Shown: positions 1 to 14,889, numbered from the stretch's first letter. The stretch: DNA of 64,000 bases from Octopus sinensis (GCF_006345805.1 NC_043001.1:68572001-68636000), one strand, 5' to 3'. Translations and numbers: made by a program. The notes: generated by a model from the sequence alone, not told the origin.

Positions 1-249
1 GCACTGCCTCTTCTTCGGTTTCGGGGAGCACCACTTCCCAGATGAACTCACCTCAAGATCGTTCAGAATTGGTTGAGCAATGGCATTAATGGGAAGGACA
101 AGTGAGGGAGAATCCAAACAGATTTTATCGTGAGCAGGTTTCGTAGCTAAATCTGCCCCACTGGAGTTTTGACTACGTTTCTTCTTTTTGGGAGAACAAC
201 GGTCTTCAGGTGGGTTTGAGTCTACGCTCCTCAAATTAGGTTGGAGACC
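1..249 (-). CDS. Candidate coding exon, open to window edge, unknown protein
   Basis: 83 stop-free codons after an AG at 251-250: GLQPNLRSVDSNPPEDRCSPKKKKRSQ...SPKPKKRQC. Higher GC than flanks; no Met and weak acceptor. Confidence 0.3.
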
Positions 250-291
250 CTAATATATTTGTGATGTACTTGCAGCTTTAATTATAATAAA

Positions 292-367
292 GTATATATA
301 TATATACATACATACATCTACATATATATATATATAAGTGTGTGTGTGTGTGTGTAAGTATATATAT

Positions 368-433
<66 letters not shown>

Positions 434-528
434 TGTGTGTGTGTGTATGTAAATATATATATGTATGTATGTAAGTATATACATATATATGTATATATAT
501 GTATGTATTTAAATATATATGTATATGT
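292..528. repeat. (TA)n/(TG)n/(TATG)n compound microsatellite
   Basis: Direct reading; explains the YI/HT-rich ORFs. Confidence 0.95.
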
Positions 529-629
529 AGCCACCAATTTCACCAATGTCAGCACCAGATTTTTCAAGCAGGAGTTTTAGTGGTAAACCAAACTGAGCAC
601 TCATAGTACATGCCTGTTATACTACATCA

Positions 630-1400
630 ATTGTAGTGATAATACTGAATATTTAAATGATGTGAGTGTATATGATATAATATAGTATAGTCATTACAGT
701 TCAACAGATAAACATTTAAATCCGACTGGGTTACTAATTTCCAAAAGATGTAATGGTTGAAAATTGACTGCCAGTGAATATTGATTAAGTGGAAAAATAA
801 ATATTAGTAATAGTTAAATCGAAAAAACTCTGTAAAAGACAGCAAATGAAAGAAAAGATTAAAATGAGTATGTCCAGAGATATGAATTACAAATGATTAA
901 AAGGAGTATAATAGATGTCAAAAAGAATGGTTTAAAATTGAAAATAGAATTTAAATTAAATATTAAAAATTGTACATGAAAATAAATTTAGTAAACAATC
1001 ATAAAATATCTCAAAATAAAAGAAATGTAAAAGAGAAGAAATTATAGTTTTAATAATGGAATGAGAAGCGAAGTAGAAAACAAAATACAGAAAAAGAGGT
1101 GGGGTGAAATAATTAAGCAAAGAGTGAAAAGGAAAGAAAACGAGAACCAGAATACCGGAAAAATAAGACTGAGAAGAGAAATAAATGGGGAGAAAAAGAC
1201 TCTCTATTTTATCTTCTTTCATTTATTCGCCTTTACACAAATTGTTTTTGAGTTAACTATTGTCAATATCTATTTCTCTGCTAAGGTCAACCGCCAATAG
1301 CAGTCAATTTTACAGCGTGACATATTTTTGAAGTGCTTATTAGTTGAACTGTAAAAACTATATCATAATCGTATAATTCAATTATTCAGTACTATCACAA
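630..1400. repeat. Old diverged inverted repeat, arms about 630-870 and 1200-1400
   Basis: Collinear reverse-complement blocks: tactgaata, ttacagttcaac, aaaattgactgc, aatagttaa, aaatgaaagaa. Confidence 0.7.
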
Positions 1401-1798
1401 CCCTCAGATAAACGGCCACGTGAAACTCTGAGTAACAGTGTTTTTCAGTTTTAATAAAATAGTACATGCTATTTGAGTGCTATTTTTTCACCTCGTTTTG
1501 TATTTACTCACTTGTGTATATATATAGAGAGATACCCCATGAAACATATGTATATTTATATTTTCCTCCCGTTCTGGTCTAACGACCCTCCATGTTTATT
1601 TTTGTTCGGTTTCCTTGTATGTTTCCACTGTCATTTTTTGTTCCCAACTTTGGCCCTCCATAAATCCTAAATTTTGTTTTAGAATTTATGGGAGAAACTG
1701 TCTTTGAAGTCTTATATTGCCCTGTTTTCTATTTTTTCCTCGTGTTTACGTATTTAATGTTATTTGCACCGTTGGTGACGCCCTGTACCCATGTATGC

Positions 1799-1834
<36 letters not shown>

Positions 1835-1977
1835 GCACGCAAACATCTAATATTATATATATACATACGTACACACACACATATATATATGTACATATAT
1901 GTATATATACATGCATAGGTATGTATGTTTATATAAATGTATATATATATAATATGTGTGTATATCTTGTATTACAT

Positions 1978-2257
1978 TTTTCCTTGTTTCAGTCATTAGA
2001 CTGCGGCCATGCTGGGGTACGGCCTTGAAGAATTTTAGTCGAACGAATCAACTCCAGTACGTTTCAAAGCCTGGTACTTATTCTATCTCTCTCTTTTGTC
2101 AAATTACTGAGTTACTGGGACATAACATACCAACACCGGTTGTCAAGCGGTGGTGGGGGACAATCTCAGACTCAAGGACACACACACATAGATATACATT
2201 AACACACAAATACACACACACACATACACACTTACATGTATATATATACATACATGA

Positions 2258-2297
<40 letters not shown>

Positions 2298-2304
2298 ATG
2301 CATG

Positions 2305-2336
<32 letters not shown>

Positions 2337-2520
2337 CGCGTATGTATGTATGCACGTATGTATGTATATATTCTTTCCATTTCCGTCTACCAAATCCATT
2401 CAAAAGGCTTTGGTCAGCCCAAGGCTATACAAGATACTTGCCCAAGGTACCAAGCAATAGGACTGAAACCGGAACCTAGTGTTTGGCTAGCAAACTTCTT
2501 ATCAAACAACCCTCCTACGC
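1978..2520 (-). mobile_element. tRNA-derived SINE with internal (CA)/(TATG) microsatellite
   Basis: Head gcgtaggag...ggttccggtttcagtcc...ccttgggcaag on minus strand; same family as 57560-57955. Confidence 0.8.
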
Positions 2521-2544
2521 TATAATGTATATTATATATAATAT

Positions 2545-2998
2545 TGGTTTCAAATTTTGGCACAAGGCCAGCAATTTCGGGAGGGGGGGATAAATCAATT
2601 ACATCGATCCCAATGCTCAACTCGTACTATTTTTTCGACCCCAAAATATATGAAAAGCAATGTCAATCAAGGCGGAATTTGAAATCAGAATATAAAGGCG
2701 GACGAAATGCAGCCAAAAATGTTGTCTGGAGTGCAAACGATTCTGTCAGTTCGCCGCCTTTCGTAAACATTGTATTAAGATATGTTTTATGTTCCGTTGT
2801 AATCCTTTCTACTAACGGTAAAAGGCTTGAAATTTAGGGATGGGAAATAGTCAATCATATCTCCCACTACATAACTGGTACTTACTTCATCGACCCCGAA
2901 AGGATGAAAAGCAAAGTCGACCTCGGCGGAATTTAAACTCAGAATGTAAGGACGGATGAAATGTCGCTAAGCTAACGATTCTGCCCGCTCGCCGCCTT
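2545..2998 (-). mobile_element. Two tandem diverged copies of a second SINE family (about 2545-2760 and 2806-2998)
   Basis: Both end ...aacgattctg..cgccgcctt and share cgacccc/ggcggaattt. Fragments recur near 19650, 36930, 51700 and 52590. Confidence 0.7.
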
Positions 2999-4452
2999 GT
3001 GTTGAGTTATAAAAAAAACAAAACACTTTAGCATTAAACTGAATAATTACTCAGTACATTTGGTAGCATAAATTTATTAATTTTTACAAGACTGTGACTT
3101 CGAATTTTCTGCCTGTTATTCTTTGTCGCGCTGTCAGAAATTGGATTCTTCGGTGAGCTTACACGACGGGCATAGAGATATTTCGTGAAGGAGAGAAATT
3201 CACAGTCAAAGTTACACAATGTTATTTCTTCTCTGATGTCAGACTCTCTACTACATAGAGAGTGATACAAATTTTCATTGTCAATAGATAGTTAGCTGCG
3301 TAATATAGGGATTGCGCTATGGATCACATTTTTGTTGAAATCTCGAATTCCTAATTATGACTAATTATGTTAATTAAAATTAGTTATAGTTCGACTAACG
3401 TAACCTACTAACAACTATTGCAAGTAATTTGTTTTCATTTACACAGCTGCGACTTATTCTTTGGTTAAGCGCCAGGAACCTCGGAATAAAGATGTTCCTG
3501 CTATGGCCACCTGCGGTATTGAAAGTGTTCTTCCAATCTTTTTAAAGATGTAAATTGGGTAATTCAGTTACTATTTCATGTAGGTGGTGTGAAAACATCT
3601 GGGCTCTTTTCACTTTTGTCTATTCCTAAGAGTAAATGGATGCATGAATTAACACATCAAAAGTTAAAGTCTATTGATAACCGCGAGAGAAGTGAAAATA
3701 GGGACAAGGTAGGAACATCAGATATGTAAAGTCGTTCTAGACTGATTTAGTTTCCATTCAACTTTTGATACAAACAACCATTTCACTTACCATTATTTGA
3801 ATGTGGCATTAGAAAGTAAGCAGCACTGATGATTCTTGAAACGCAACGGGAAAACACACTATTAACTTCCGTTTCATTCACAATGGATACAAAGCCAATC
3901 AAGCAAAGTTGCTAAATGCTTAAAGACACGAAATCATAACCAAACGTGCTATTCTTTAATTTTTCCAATACAAACAATTATATTTCAGATTTCTTTTTAT
4001 TTACTTATTTTCATATTCAGACACCATAACTCCAAAAGAAATAATCAACATAGTGGACCATATTCTTCTATGGTTTTAGTCCTTTGTTTCGTTATATTTA
4101 TACCCTGACATCAATCCAGCTAAACTTTGAATTCCGTTTTGAAATGTCTATTATTTTCATGCCATTATTCATACTATATTTAACAGCGTATTTCTTTCAT
4201 TCTCTCTCTCTCTCTTCTTCTCAGCCTCTCTCTTTCTCTTCCCTTACCTAAGACTATCACCCTTTCTCCTTTCTCTTCGCCTCTTTTTTTCTCTTTGTCT
4301 CTTGTTTTTAGTAACCTATTCTACCTCCAAATCATCAGAACATCTATCCATCCATACTTGCATACATACATTCGTACATACATAAATATGTATAACATGC
4401 GCATATGCAGGTTTGTGCGTACGTAATCATGTATGTATTTCAGTATGTTGGC

Positions 4453-4499
<47 letters not shown>

Positions 4500-4599
4500 A
4501 CTTATAAATAAGGGCAAAATAAAAAAAAAATTTCGTATGCCAAATATGCCAAAATTAGACACATAGTCCATAACCATATAATTTATGGTTTTGAACGAG

Positions 4600-7035
4600 T
4601 TTTTTGAACAGTCATTAGATGTTTGAAGATATTTTGCCACTCAGTTGTGATGGTTTTGTGGGAGATTTCAAATTGAATCAGGTCTCTACCTCTTTGAGCT
4701 CTGGGTAGGTAAAAACTATCTGCGTCTCCCTTTGGGTGGTGCATCTTATTGCAAGTCAGCAGCTTTCGGATTTTCCTGTCAATCTTCCTTATTTCGCTTA
4801 TATTCCAGTTCAACACAATGAAACTGTAAATAACAACCGGAACTGCTAAGAAGTGTATAGCTAACACCTTGTTACGTGCATTTAACTCGGATTTTAGGAA
4901 GTCTCGAACTCTCCTGTAATACTCCTTCCTGATCTCTTTCATACTTGCATGCTGAATGCCAGAGACCCCATTTATTCTGAGGTATTTGTAAGTTTGTTCC
5001 TGCTCGAGTTCTGTTATGACTGTGTCAGCATCCAACTCCACTGAAGGTGAGGTCTTCAGTTTCCATTTCTGGAAAGTGGCCTTGGAACATTTATCAAGCT
5101 CAAATTCCATCTCAATATCATGACAATGCTTTCACAGTACGTAGTATTCCTTCAAGCTTATTATTGTCTTGGCCATAATATTTTAAGTCATCCATATGAA
5201 ATAGATGACTTATTTTCTTGTCACCAATTTTATATCCATAGCCTGTTCTGTCAAGTTCACTTGTAAGGGGTGACAGTGCTATGCGGAAAATTAAAGGTGA
5301 AAGTGAGTCACCTTGGAAAATGCCGCTATTGATATTAATATTGTTGAGTGGTCAGTACACAGTTAGAGTGGTATAGTTGGAGATTCGCATTCCACATTGA
5401 CATGCTGTGCTTCAAGAACTTTTAAATCACAGGAGAAATTTTGAAGATATCCAGCGATTTCAAAATCCATGAATGTAGTATGGTGTCGAAGGCATTTTTA
5501 TAATCAATCCATGCAGAACAGATCTCTTCGTTTGTTATGACATTTCTCAGGGATCATACGATTGATTAAGAGTTGGTCTTTGCATCCATTTGAGCCTCGT
5601 CGGCACCCCTTTTGTTCAGTGGGGAACATATCATTTTGTTCTATAAATTCTCATGTTTTCTCCACGAGCATGGACGTTAAAATTTTATACGTGGTAGATA
5701 GAAATGTTATGGTCCGATAGTTTTGGGGAGATTTGGTTTCATTATTCTTTGGGGGTAGATAAGTAATACCACTTGCTAACTAATCAGGTGTTTTCGTAGG
5801 ATCTCTCATAATTTCATTGAATAACTGAACAACCTTTTCGTGTGCGCAGAGGAGTGAGGCGAGCCAGAAATTTGGCACACAATCAATGCCAGATTTCCAC
5901 TTATAAGCTTTCGTGAGTGTCATTCTTAGGTCTGCTATTGTGATCTCTTCCCATGCTTGATCTGGTAAATTTTGGTAGGATCCTTCTGTGCGCCTAATCC
6001 AGTCTGCATTTTTATTGTAAGTCTTTTCATCACTCTACATATTTTTCCAGAATATTTCTTGCATGACAGAGGGATCTTCAACGGTTATTTTCTCCTTCTC
6101 TATTTCTCTGTGGAATGTTTTCGCATTGGATGTGAACAGCTTATTTTACTTCTAAATTTGTTCCTTTTCTCAAATTTTCGTATTCTTTGAGTTTTACTTG
6201 GATTTTTTGTTGCAGTGTTTCTTTTGCTGAAAGCAGTTCTTCACTTGATGAGAATCTATGTTTTCTCTTCATCTTTCTTCCTTTTCTGGTTTTTACATCG
6301 TTTCCACAGATTAGTTCATTCAATATTGATATTCCACCACTCTTTATTTCAATCTCTTTTCCAATGTTACTTTTCCAGTTCGGAATTCTTCTCAGGTTTG
6401 TATTTCTCTGTTTTTTCAGAGGAATACAACTGGTTTCAATTGTCTTAGCAGCTGCGTAAATAATTTCATTTAATTCAGTGAGATCTGGTTTTAGCTCTTG
6501 TAAATTTCCTTTGTTAAATAGTTTTCAATTTTAAATTGTTTTCTATTTTGGATTATATATGAGAGCTTATGAAGTGGTTCTCTATCATGCATATTGGCGT
6601 GTCTTACAGTTATTCAGGATTTTCTACTTTAGTTCTGTCTTAGACTCTCTATGTTCTTTTGTAAATGTGTAGTCCTCCAATATTGTTTCTTTACCACTTT
6701 CTTTATCAGGTTCATTACAATTTATTACTCCAGACGTTTGCGTGTTTTGGCCATGCGGCAGTCTTTCAATTGAGACTCGTAGAGAGTTGGTCTCTGTCTG
6801 GTTCTTCATTTCCTTTCTGTCTTACATTTAGGTCATTTTCCGTTGCGTGTTTGATCGGAGTTAGGTCCCTATATGTGAGTCTTTTATTCCTGAATATATC
6901 CCTCCTAACCTTTGCTAACATATTTTCGGTAGTTGTTCTGTAACTAATGCCGACTCCACCATTAATACCGTTACAGATATTTAAACCTTGTTTTACAGTA
7001 TTGCACATCGTTAGTTACCACCAATAGTCATATTG
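4600..7035 (-). mobile_element. R4/Dong-like RLE non-LTR retrotransposon remnant, family A (5' part through RT), disrupted
   Basis: RT motifs NYRTITFL, GIFQGDSLSP, MDDLK, MEFELDKC, YKYL, MHHPK; frameshifts and stops; 5' end abuts (TTA)n. Confidence 0.85.
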
Positions 7036-7076
<41 letters not shown>

Positions 7077-7150
7077 TATTATTATTATCATCATCATCAT
7101 CATCATCATTATCATCATCATTATCACCACCACCACCACCACCACCATCG

Positions 7151-7205
<55 letters not shown>
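7036..7205. repeat. (TTA)n(TCA)n(CCA)n trinucleotide tract
   Basis: Direct reading. Confidence 0.95.
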
Positions 7206-9552
7206 ATAATTGACTTTTGCTTTGTATTTTTGCAAGTTGACTCCAAGTCTCATCCAGAGACCACGAAGACAAGTTCATGGTGGTGTTATGCCTAGGGTGT
7301 CATATATTTGGTTTTGTACATAGTATTGTTCTAGAGACGGTTTAAGAAAATATAAGAAAATTGTAAGTTTGTTTTAAAAATTTGAGATTACATAGAAAGT
7401 ATTTTGCGTAGGATATGAGCAGTTCCCGCGAGCACTATCTTTCGAATTTCTGCCATTTTGGGGTTTCCTGGTATCTGAGTTAGGTAGCGATCAGCCCCTT
7501 TTGCTATCATTCCCAGGGCAGCTATGGCAACAGGTATTGTTTTAGTTTTCAGGTTCCACATTTTGCTGATTTCTATTTCAAGATCTTTATATTTGCTCAG
7601 TTTTTGGTAGGTCTTAACAGATACATTTATACCGATTGGGACATATCAATGAGGTGTCATGATATTTGTCTGAAGTCTTTCAACATAATGTCTTGACTAT
7701 TCGTATCTATCTTCCTGTCAGTCTGAATGGTGAAGTTCCAGAGGAGTGAGATGTGGTCATTTTCAAGACTGGAGGTGGTTTGTGTGCCCCCAGTTTTTAT
7801 GATGGGGCAGGTCCAGGTTTTTGCAAATTACCCAATGAAAATATTGTGCTGCTCTATCATACCTGATGAGATACTCTGTAGGCGCATGAAGACTGCATAT
7901 GGAGGCAACATGATCAATGGTTTCATTTTGTTGTTTGCATACACGATATGTTGGGTTACTAACGTTCTTTAAAATGTTGGTCTGGCAGTTTCTTGTAGGT
8001 AGGCATTGATCTTGGGCTGCTATGATAAACCCTTCTGTTTCTGATTTTAATTCAGAAGACACTAACTATTGATGGCGAAGGGATTTCTCAACATCGGCAT
8101 TGTTAGCTCTCTTTGGGTATTTGGAATTGAGAGGTTTTTCTTGCCATTTATCAGTAAGAATATCTAAGGCAGCAGCTTTAGCACGGGATTTCAAACGCTT
8201 ACCTTTTTCTGTACTTGTTTCCAGTATGTCTAACTCTGTATTTGGAATTCATTTAGATATACATTTGATTGTTTTGTTACTGAGTATGATGCCTTCCTGT
8301 CTTCATGTTTTGAGACAAGGTTTAACATCCAGTCCTCAGACTTTTTTTTTTGTTAATTGTATTTTCAAAGTTCCACGACCTCCCTCTTTTCTTGGCATGT
8401 AAAGTTCTTCTATAACTGCCTTAGGGTGGTGCATTCTATGAATTGTCAACAAATTTAAGCATTTTTCTGTCAGGATACATATTTCAGTAATTGCCCAGTA
8501 AATGATATTGAAACCGTAAGTCACGAATGGTATGGCTAAAGTATTGTTCGCTTCGATTCTGTTTCTTGCAGTCAACTCTGTCTTGAGTATTGTCATTACC
8601 CTGCGATAACAATCTCTTCTGATCCTTTCTCTCACCATTGAATTAATGATTCCGTCCCCTTCAAATACCCCTAGTTATTTGTAGCTCTCCGCTGGTTTGG
8701 ATGTTCTGTCATTTTTCCATTGATAAAGGTAGCTTATGTACATTTATCGAGGCCAAATTGCATACTGATGTCATCACTGAATTGTTTAATAATAGCTAGT
8801 AAGCCCTGTAGTCGTTGGTCAGTCTTTGCAAAGTGCTTTAAATCATGTAAATGAGATGATTTATTTTTTATCAAATATATAATAACCTTATTATACATTA
8901 TTGAGCAATTTCGAGAGAAGTATTAAAGCTAGACAAAAGAGGAATGGAGATAGAGAATCAACCTGGAAAATGCCACATGAAATTCCAACATCTCCGGCAT
9001 TAAGAGATTCGTTGTCACTGTTCAAAATCAGTGTGGTTCTTCATGATCTCATACTTACAGACAAGAAGTTTTGCAAAGTAGGTGCAATTTTATACATTTC
9101 CAGACATCTTAATCCAGCAATGTGGTAGACTATCACAAGCTCTTTTATAGTTAAGGGTCTGTAATCTTTTGGTTCATCTGTTTCTTTATTTGTCTGGGAG
9201 TAGCAATGTTACACCATTAACTGACCAAGAGGGAATCATATTAGGTTGTTGCAAAACATCGTTGTAAAGATTTCTTAGCATTTTCTGGCTCTTTGGGAAG
9301 GCGTTCAACCAGAAGTTAGGAATTTTATAGATATTCTATCAATCCAAGGGACCTTTTTATTGTGTGTTTTTTCTCCTGGCCAAATTATATTCCAACATTC
9401 CTGCACTTCTTCTTTTGAAGGGACAGACTTTACTGTAACTGATATGTTCCCTATCTTCCTGTAAAAAGATTTTGGGTTATTTTTTAACATGTTGTTGTCC
9501 TTGAAGAATCTAACGCGCTTGTCATACTTGCTATGCGGGCAGCTTTAGCTCA
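7206..9552 (-). mobile_element. R4/Dong-like RLE retrotransposon, family B, 5'-truncated pseudogene
   Basis: HRMHHPK, LYMPRKEGGRG, ETEGFIIAAQDQ, CCHC remnant RVCKQQNETIDHVASIC; homologous to 48136-51545. Confidence 0.85.
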
Positions 9553-9553
9553 T

Positions 9554-9602
<49 letters not shown>

Positions 9603-9712
9603 CCATCACATCACCATCACCACCACCACCACCACCACCACCACCACCACCACCATCATCATCGCCGTCGTCGTCGCCGTCGTCGTCGCCGTCGTCGTCG
9701 TTGTCGTCGTCG

Positions 9713-9743
<31 letters not shown>

Positions 9744-9772
9744 TATCATCATAATTATCATTATTATCATTG

Positions 9773-9808
<36 letters not shown>

Positions 9809-9871
9809 ATATTATTATTATCATTATCATTATTATTATTATTATCATTATTATCATTATTATTATTATTA

Positions 9872-9908
<37 letters not shown>

Positions 9909-10288
9909 CATTATTATTATTATCATTATCATTATCATCATTATTATCATTATTATTATTATTATCATTATCATTATTATTATTATTATCATGATTATTA
10001 TTATTACTATTATTATTATTATTATTATTATCATCATTATTATCATTATTATTATTATCATTATTATCATTAATATTATTATCATTATTATCATTATTAT
10101 TATTATCATTATTATTATTATCATTATCATCATTATTATTATTATTATTATCATTATTATTGTTATTATTATTATTATTATTATTATCATTATTATCATT
10201 ATTATTATTATTATCATTATCATTTTATTATTATTATTATTATATTATTATTTTATTATCATTATTATTGTTATTATTATTATTATTA

Positions 10289-10319
<31 letters not shown>

Positions 10320-10414
10320 CATTATTATCATTATTATTATTATCATTATTATCATTAATATTATTATCATTATTATCATTATTATTATTATCATTATTAT
10401 TATTATCATTATCA

Positions 10415-10449
<35 letters not shown>

Positions 10450-10499
10450 TTATTATTATTATTATTATTATTATTATCATTATTATCATTATTATTATT

Positions 10500-10558
<59 letters not shown>

Positions 10559-10620
10559 CATTATTATTGTTATTATTATTATTATTATCATTATTATTAT
10601 TATTATTATTATCATTATTA

Positions 10621-10654
<34 letters not shown>

Positions 10655-10718
10655 CATTATTATCATTATTATTATTGTTATTATTATTATTATGATTATT
10701 ATTATTATTATTATTATT
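9553..10718. repeat. About 1.17-kb trinucleotide array (TCA/CCA/TCG, then TTA/TCA)
   Basis: Direct reading; source of poly-I/L/Y/N ORFs. Confidence 0.95.
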
Positions 10719-11333
10719 GAGTGAGAGAGCAGTGCATGCCATCAAAGTGACACTGGGGTAAAATATACGAAGCCCAGTATACCCATCATGACTACCCGTC
10801 AGATAAGGATACACTAGTCACATGCATCACAACCATATGTGCGCGACATGGTGATCTCATATCAAGATAAACAGCGCATGACCTTGCAGGTAGGGCCCGG
10901 TTAGAATTTTCTTCAGGTCGTGTAGCCCATCCTACACAAAAGGTCCCTGAATAGGTGTTGTTTAAGGATGTTGAATGAAACACCCATGTTTCCAGAGGTG
11001 AAGTATTCAAACCCCAAAGAATCCCTCTAAACACATGGTTATGAAGCTCCTCCACTACTTCTGCTCGTGATCAGAGATGCACATATCGTCAGCCACTAAG
11101 GGACATGCTCAACTGGTTAAGGTCAAACAACTGACAAGCAAATCTGTGATATTGAGCAGAATATTTGCTGTAGTCCATCTTTTATACCAAGACAAAACAA
11201 TGTACATGATAACACTTCCAATCAGTTAAGATCAGAAGCCATGAGAGCCACTGCCTTGTACTGAATCAGGGCATTTTATACTGCATCAGGGCATTTGGTA
11301 CTGCATCAGGGCATTTGGTACTGCATCAGGGCA

Positions 11334-11338
<5 letters not shown>
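10719..11338 (-). mobile_element. Non-coding non-autonomous element in (TTA)n, with 20-bp tandem repeats at one end
   Basis: Highly similar to 16684-17128; flanked by (TTA)n on both sides; 4 x tactgcatcagggcattt.. at 11259-11338; strand inferred. Confidence 0.7.
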
Positions 11339-11392
<54 letters not shown>

Positions 11393-11403
11393 TTATTATT
11401 ATT

Positions 11404-14400
11404 GCCTTTGCACAGCTTCTAACGATGGAAATGTACTACAGCATCAGCTGTTGACTATCATTGAACTAAGGTAACATATCTTATTTTTCGAGAACCTTCC
11501 GGAGTATTCGAGCGGGTTCAAGTAGTGCCGTTTTCTGCAAGTGCTTCATCCTTATTGCAGCCCCTATTTCTTCCATGTTCTTCTCGAGATTTTTACTCAC
11601 TGTTTACAGGTCTCCTACAATTATTGGTACCACTACCACATTTTTCGTCGACCACAGCTGCTTTACCTCCCAAGCTAACCTGTCATACCTATCGACTTAT
11701 ATTTCTTCCTTATCGCGTAACTAGTTGTCAGCTGGGCATGCTATATGTATAATCCAGCATAGTTAGTTTCCTTTCTCAATTAAGACTATGTCTGGCTTCC
11801 TATTCTCTATCTCATGGTCGCACTGAATTATAAAATCCCACAGGATCTTTGCATTATCATTTTCGATGATGCCTTCGGGTTTGTGGTCGTACTAATTTTT
11901 CTCTTTGTCAAGTCGATACTTGTTGCAATGTGTCCAAGTGACAAGCCTTGCTATATTGTCGTGACGTCTCTTATATCCCTTCTGGGCTCATGGCGTACAT
12001 TGGCTGGTAATATGCCACACAGTTTCACAATTTGTACACAGATTCTGCACTTATCACTTTCATGATGTGTTGTCCGCTCTGTATTTTATGTAGTGTGTTG
12101 TCAGTGCTTGCTCTTGGGCAGCACAGATTAGAGACTATTTCTGGCTTTAAATCATTTTTAGTCACCCACTGCCATCTTTTTTCTCTGACTGTCTTATCTT
12201 CAACATTCCCATGAAATTGTCGTCACATTCTTTTGTTTACCCATCTATATTCAGCTTCATTTGTTTTCAATTTCTTGTATAGTGCTTTATCTTTGGACTC
12301 TTTCATCCTACACAAGCCTGACCTTCTTAATTCTAATAATAGCGCTTCTGTGGCATGTTTTACATAACATACTATGTTGTTTTATTCTGCTCTAATGCTG
12401 TGTTCGCATCGAGTAAGTCCTCTACCCCCTTTTGCTTGGTACATATAGTCTGTCTGTGTCACTTTTTGGGTGGAGTGTCTCATATCTAGTTAGAAACTTT
12501 CTTGTCTTTCAAAGCTGTTTAGTTCGTCTACTGTCCAGGCGTTTACCTCTGCTCCATATCTAAGGAATGAAACCGCCCAAGTGTTGATAGCTTCGATCGT
12601 ATTACGTCCGTTTAATTTCGACTTAAGGATCAGTCTCAGTCTGTGCAAGTACTCAACTTTAGATTTTTCTGTCATTTCTTTCTCCATCAATTTATCCATT
12701 TCCAAAATCCCCAAGTACTTATAGCCCTTCTCTTCTATCTGCTTCATAACCTCCCCCGACGGTATCGATAGCCCGTCCATACATTTCATTTTGCCTCTCT
12801 TTAAGAGGTCATATTTTCTTAGTCCGAACTCCATTCTGATATCAGCACTGAAGTTATACTCCGTATCAACGAAGTAACTGACTTAGGCTTCATCTTTACC
12901 ATAAAGTTTGAGACCATCCATGAATAACAAATGGATGACTTTTTGTTGGCGGCTTTTGAACACATACCCAGCTTTTGCTTTTCTCAGTATCAGTGTTAGC
13001 GGTATCAAGCACAGTACAAAGATCAATGGGGGCAGGCAGTCCCCTTGGAAGATGCTCGTCCTGATGTCTGCTGTCCCTAAAAGTCTTCTGTCTGCTGTCA
13101 TGTCAGTCCTCCAATCGCCATATTTTTCCAAGCAATCGCTCAACATTCGATGCAATACCAAACAGGTTCATCCATTCCATTATCCAAGAGTTTGGGATCA
13201 TATCGTTCGCCTTACGATAGTCGATCCATGACATAGCTAAGTTACTTTTCCTCTTCTATCAGGAGGTTTTGTCTATTAGGAGTTGATCCTTGTTACCTCT
13301 GTACTTATGTTTGCAACCCTTCTGCTCATGTGGCAGGACTACCTTTTTTCCCAGACGTCCGTACATGACTCTGGGAGTATTTAAGTCAATGATTTCCACA
13401 TAAGTAGCAAACAGGATATCGGCCTGCAATTGTCTACCGTATTGCTTTTTTCGATGTTCTTCAGGCACATCACTGTCCTACCCGATGTTAACCACTCTGG
13501 TGTTACTTGGTCGGCGTTTAACTAGGTGTTGAGTTGCGCAGCTATTTGTGCATGACATTCACCAAATCTTTTGATCCAGTAGCCTTGAACGCTCTCCGGT
13601 CACTGAACCTTCCAGTGGCTCATCTTTTTGCTGATTTCCTTCACTTCCCTAACTGAAATGACTAGTTCTGCCTGTTTTGTACAGACTGTTTTTTGTTTCC
13701 GTTTTTGCGCTCCTTCTTTGCTCAATATTTCACTCCAACATCTTTGACTTTCATTGTTATCTGGTATCATCTTTTCATCTGTCCACTCTCCATTTATTTC
13801 TTTATAGAATCTCTTCTGATCTACTCTGAATAAGCTTTTCTGGTGGTAACCCTTCATTTTTTGGTCTTAGCTTATCATCTTTGCTTTCTTTACAACGAGG
13901 AACTGTTTCAGTTCCTCCTTTACCACTTTTAGGCCTACATTTCTGTTCGATTTTAAGCCCTCCTTCTCTTTTTGGTCTAACACAGAAATTTCCTTCGAGG
14001 GCATATCTGACCCTGCCTGGATTCTTCTTTTCCACCATACGTCTTTCCTTGTCACTCCCATTATAATTCTTTTTCTTGACGTCAACATCCACATTTTGTG
14101 CTACAACAATACTTACTGCCTAGATCAAATTATTTGTTTCTGCGATGTTTGTTCGGGTATATTTCAGAACATCATTGACATTTTTCGTTTCTTGGTTCAA
14201 CACCCACCGGTCAACCTTTTTAAGGTTGCAAATATTATTGCAATCGTTCTCCTGTTGTAAATTGCCTTTTGTTCACCTGTCATGTTGCCATTAATTTTAT
14301 TGTCTTCTTTTAGATCATCTATATATCTCTCATCAAGTAAACTACCACTTCTCCTTTGCTGTGCTATGAGATTACTTCATCGTTATCTCTGCTGCTATTG

Positions 14401-14889
14401 TTCATGACCCGTCTTTTGATAGCTTCGAGCTCTACTTCTGCGAACCAAACATTTTTTCTTATTGCTCTAGCTTGATTCCATAATCTCTGTTCAGGGAGTT
14501 GAAACAATCTCTTTTCCTCCAATGATCATACATATGTTGTCGGTAACCCCTAATTTAAGTACCATTTTCATCCACCGTGTTGCTCATGTAGTAACACTTC
14601 ATGACCATACCATTAATTTGCTTGCTCCATCTGCTCCATGTGTGGAGATTTCTTTCTGGATATCGACAGGTTGGAGGGGGACCAGAATTTCTGAACCTGC
14701 CGGGTGCAACACTGCCACCATCCATGGCTTCAGTTTCATTTCCACCATTATTCACAATATTTTGTTTATTCATTGTCACATATATGAGGTAGTAATTATC
14801 AGGTTTCGCAATTACCAGTGTTTTTAATATGACACCATCACTAGATGTATCATTAATCAGGACATGGTAAGGCTCCACCCGCTCCTTTC
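11404..14889 (-). mobile_element. Near full-length R4/Dong-like RLE retrotransposon, family C, pseudogenised
   Basis: HEQKGC, KDQLLIDK, IFQGDCL, HLLFMDGLKLY, MEFGLRK, YKYLG; both ends in (TTA)n; homologous to 45940-48080. Confidence 0.88.

Noticed and set aside
11259-11338. 20-bp direct repeats resembling a CRISPR array
   Set aside because: Contiguous repeats with no spacers, eukaryotic context and no cas genes
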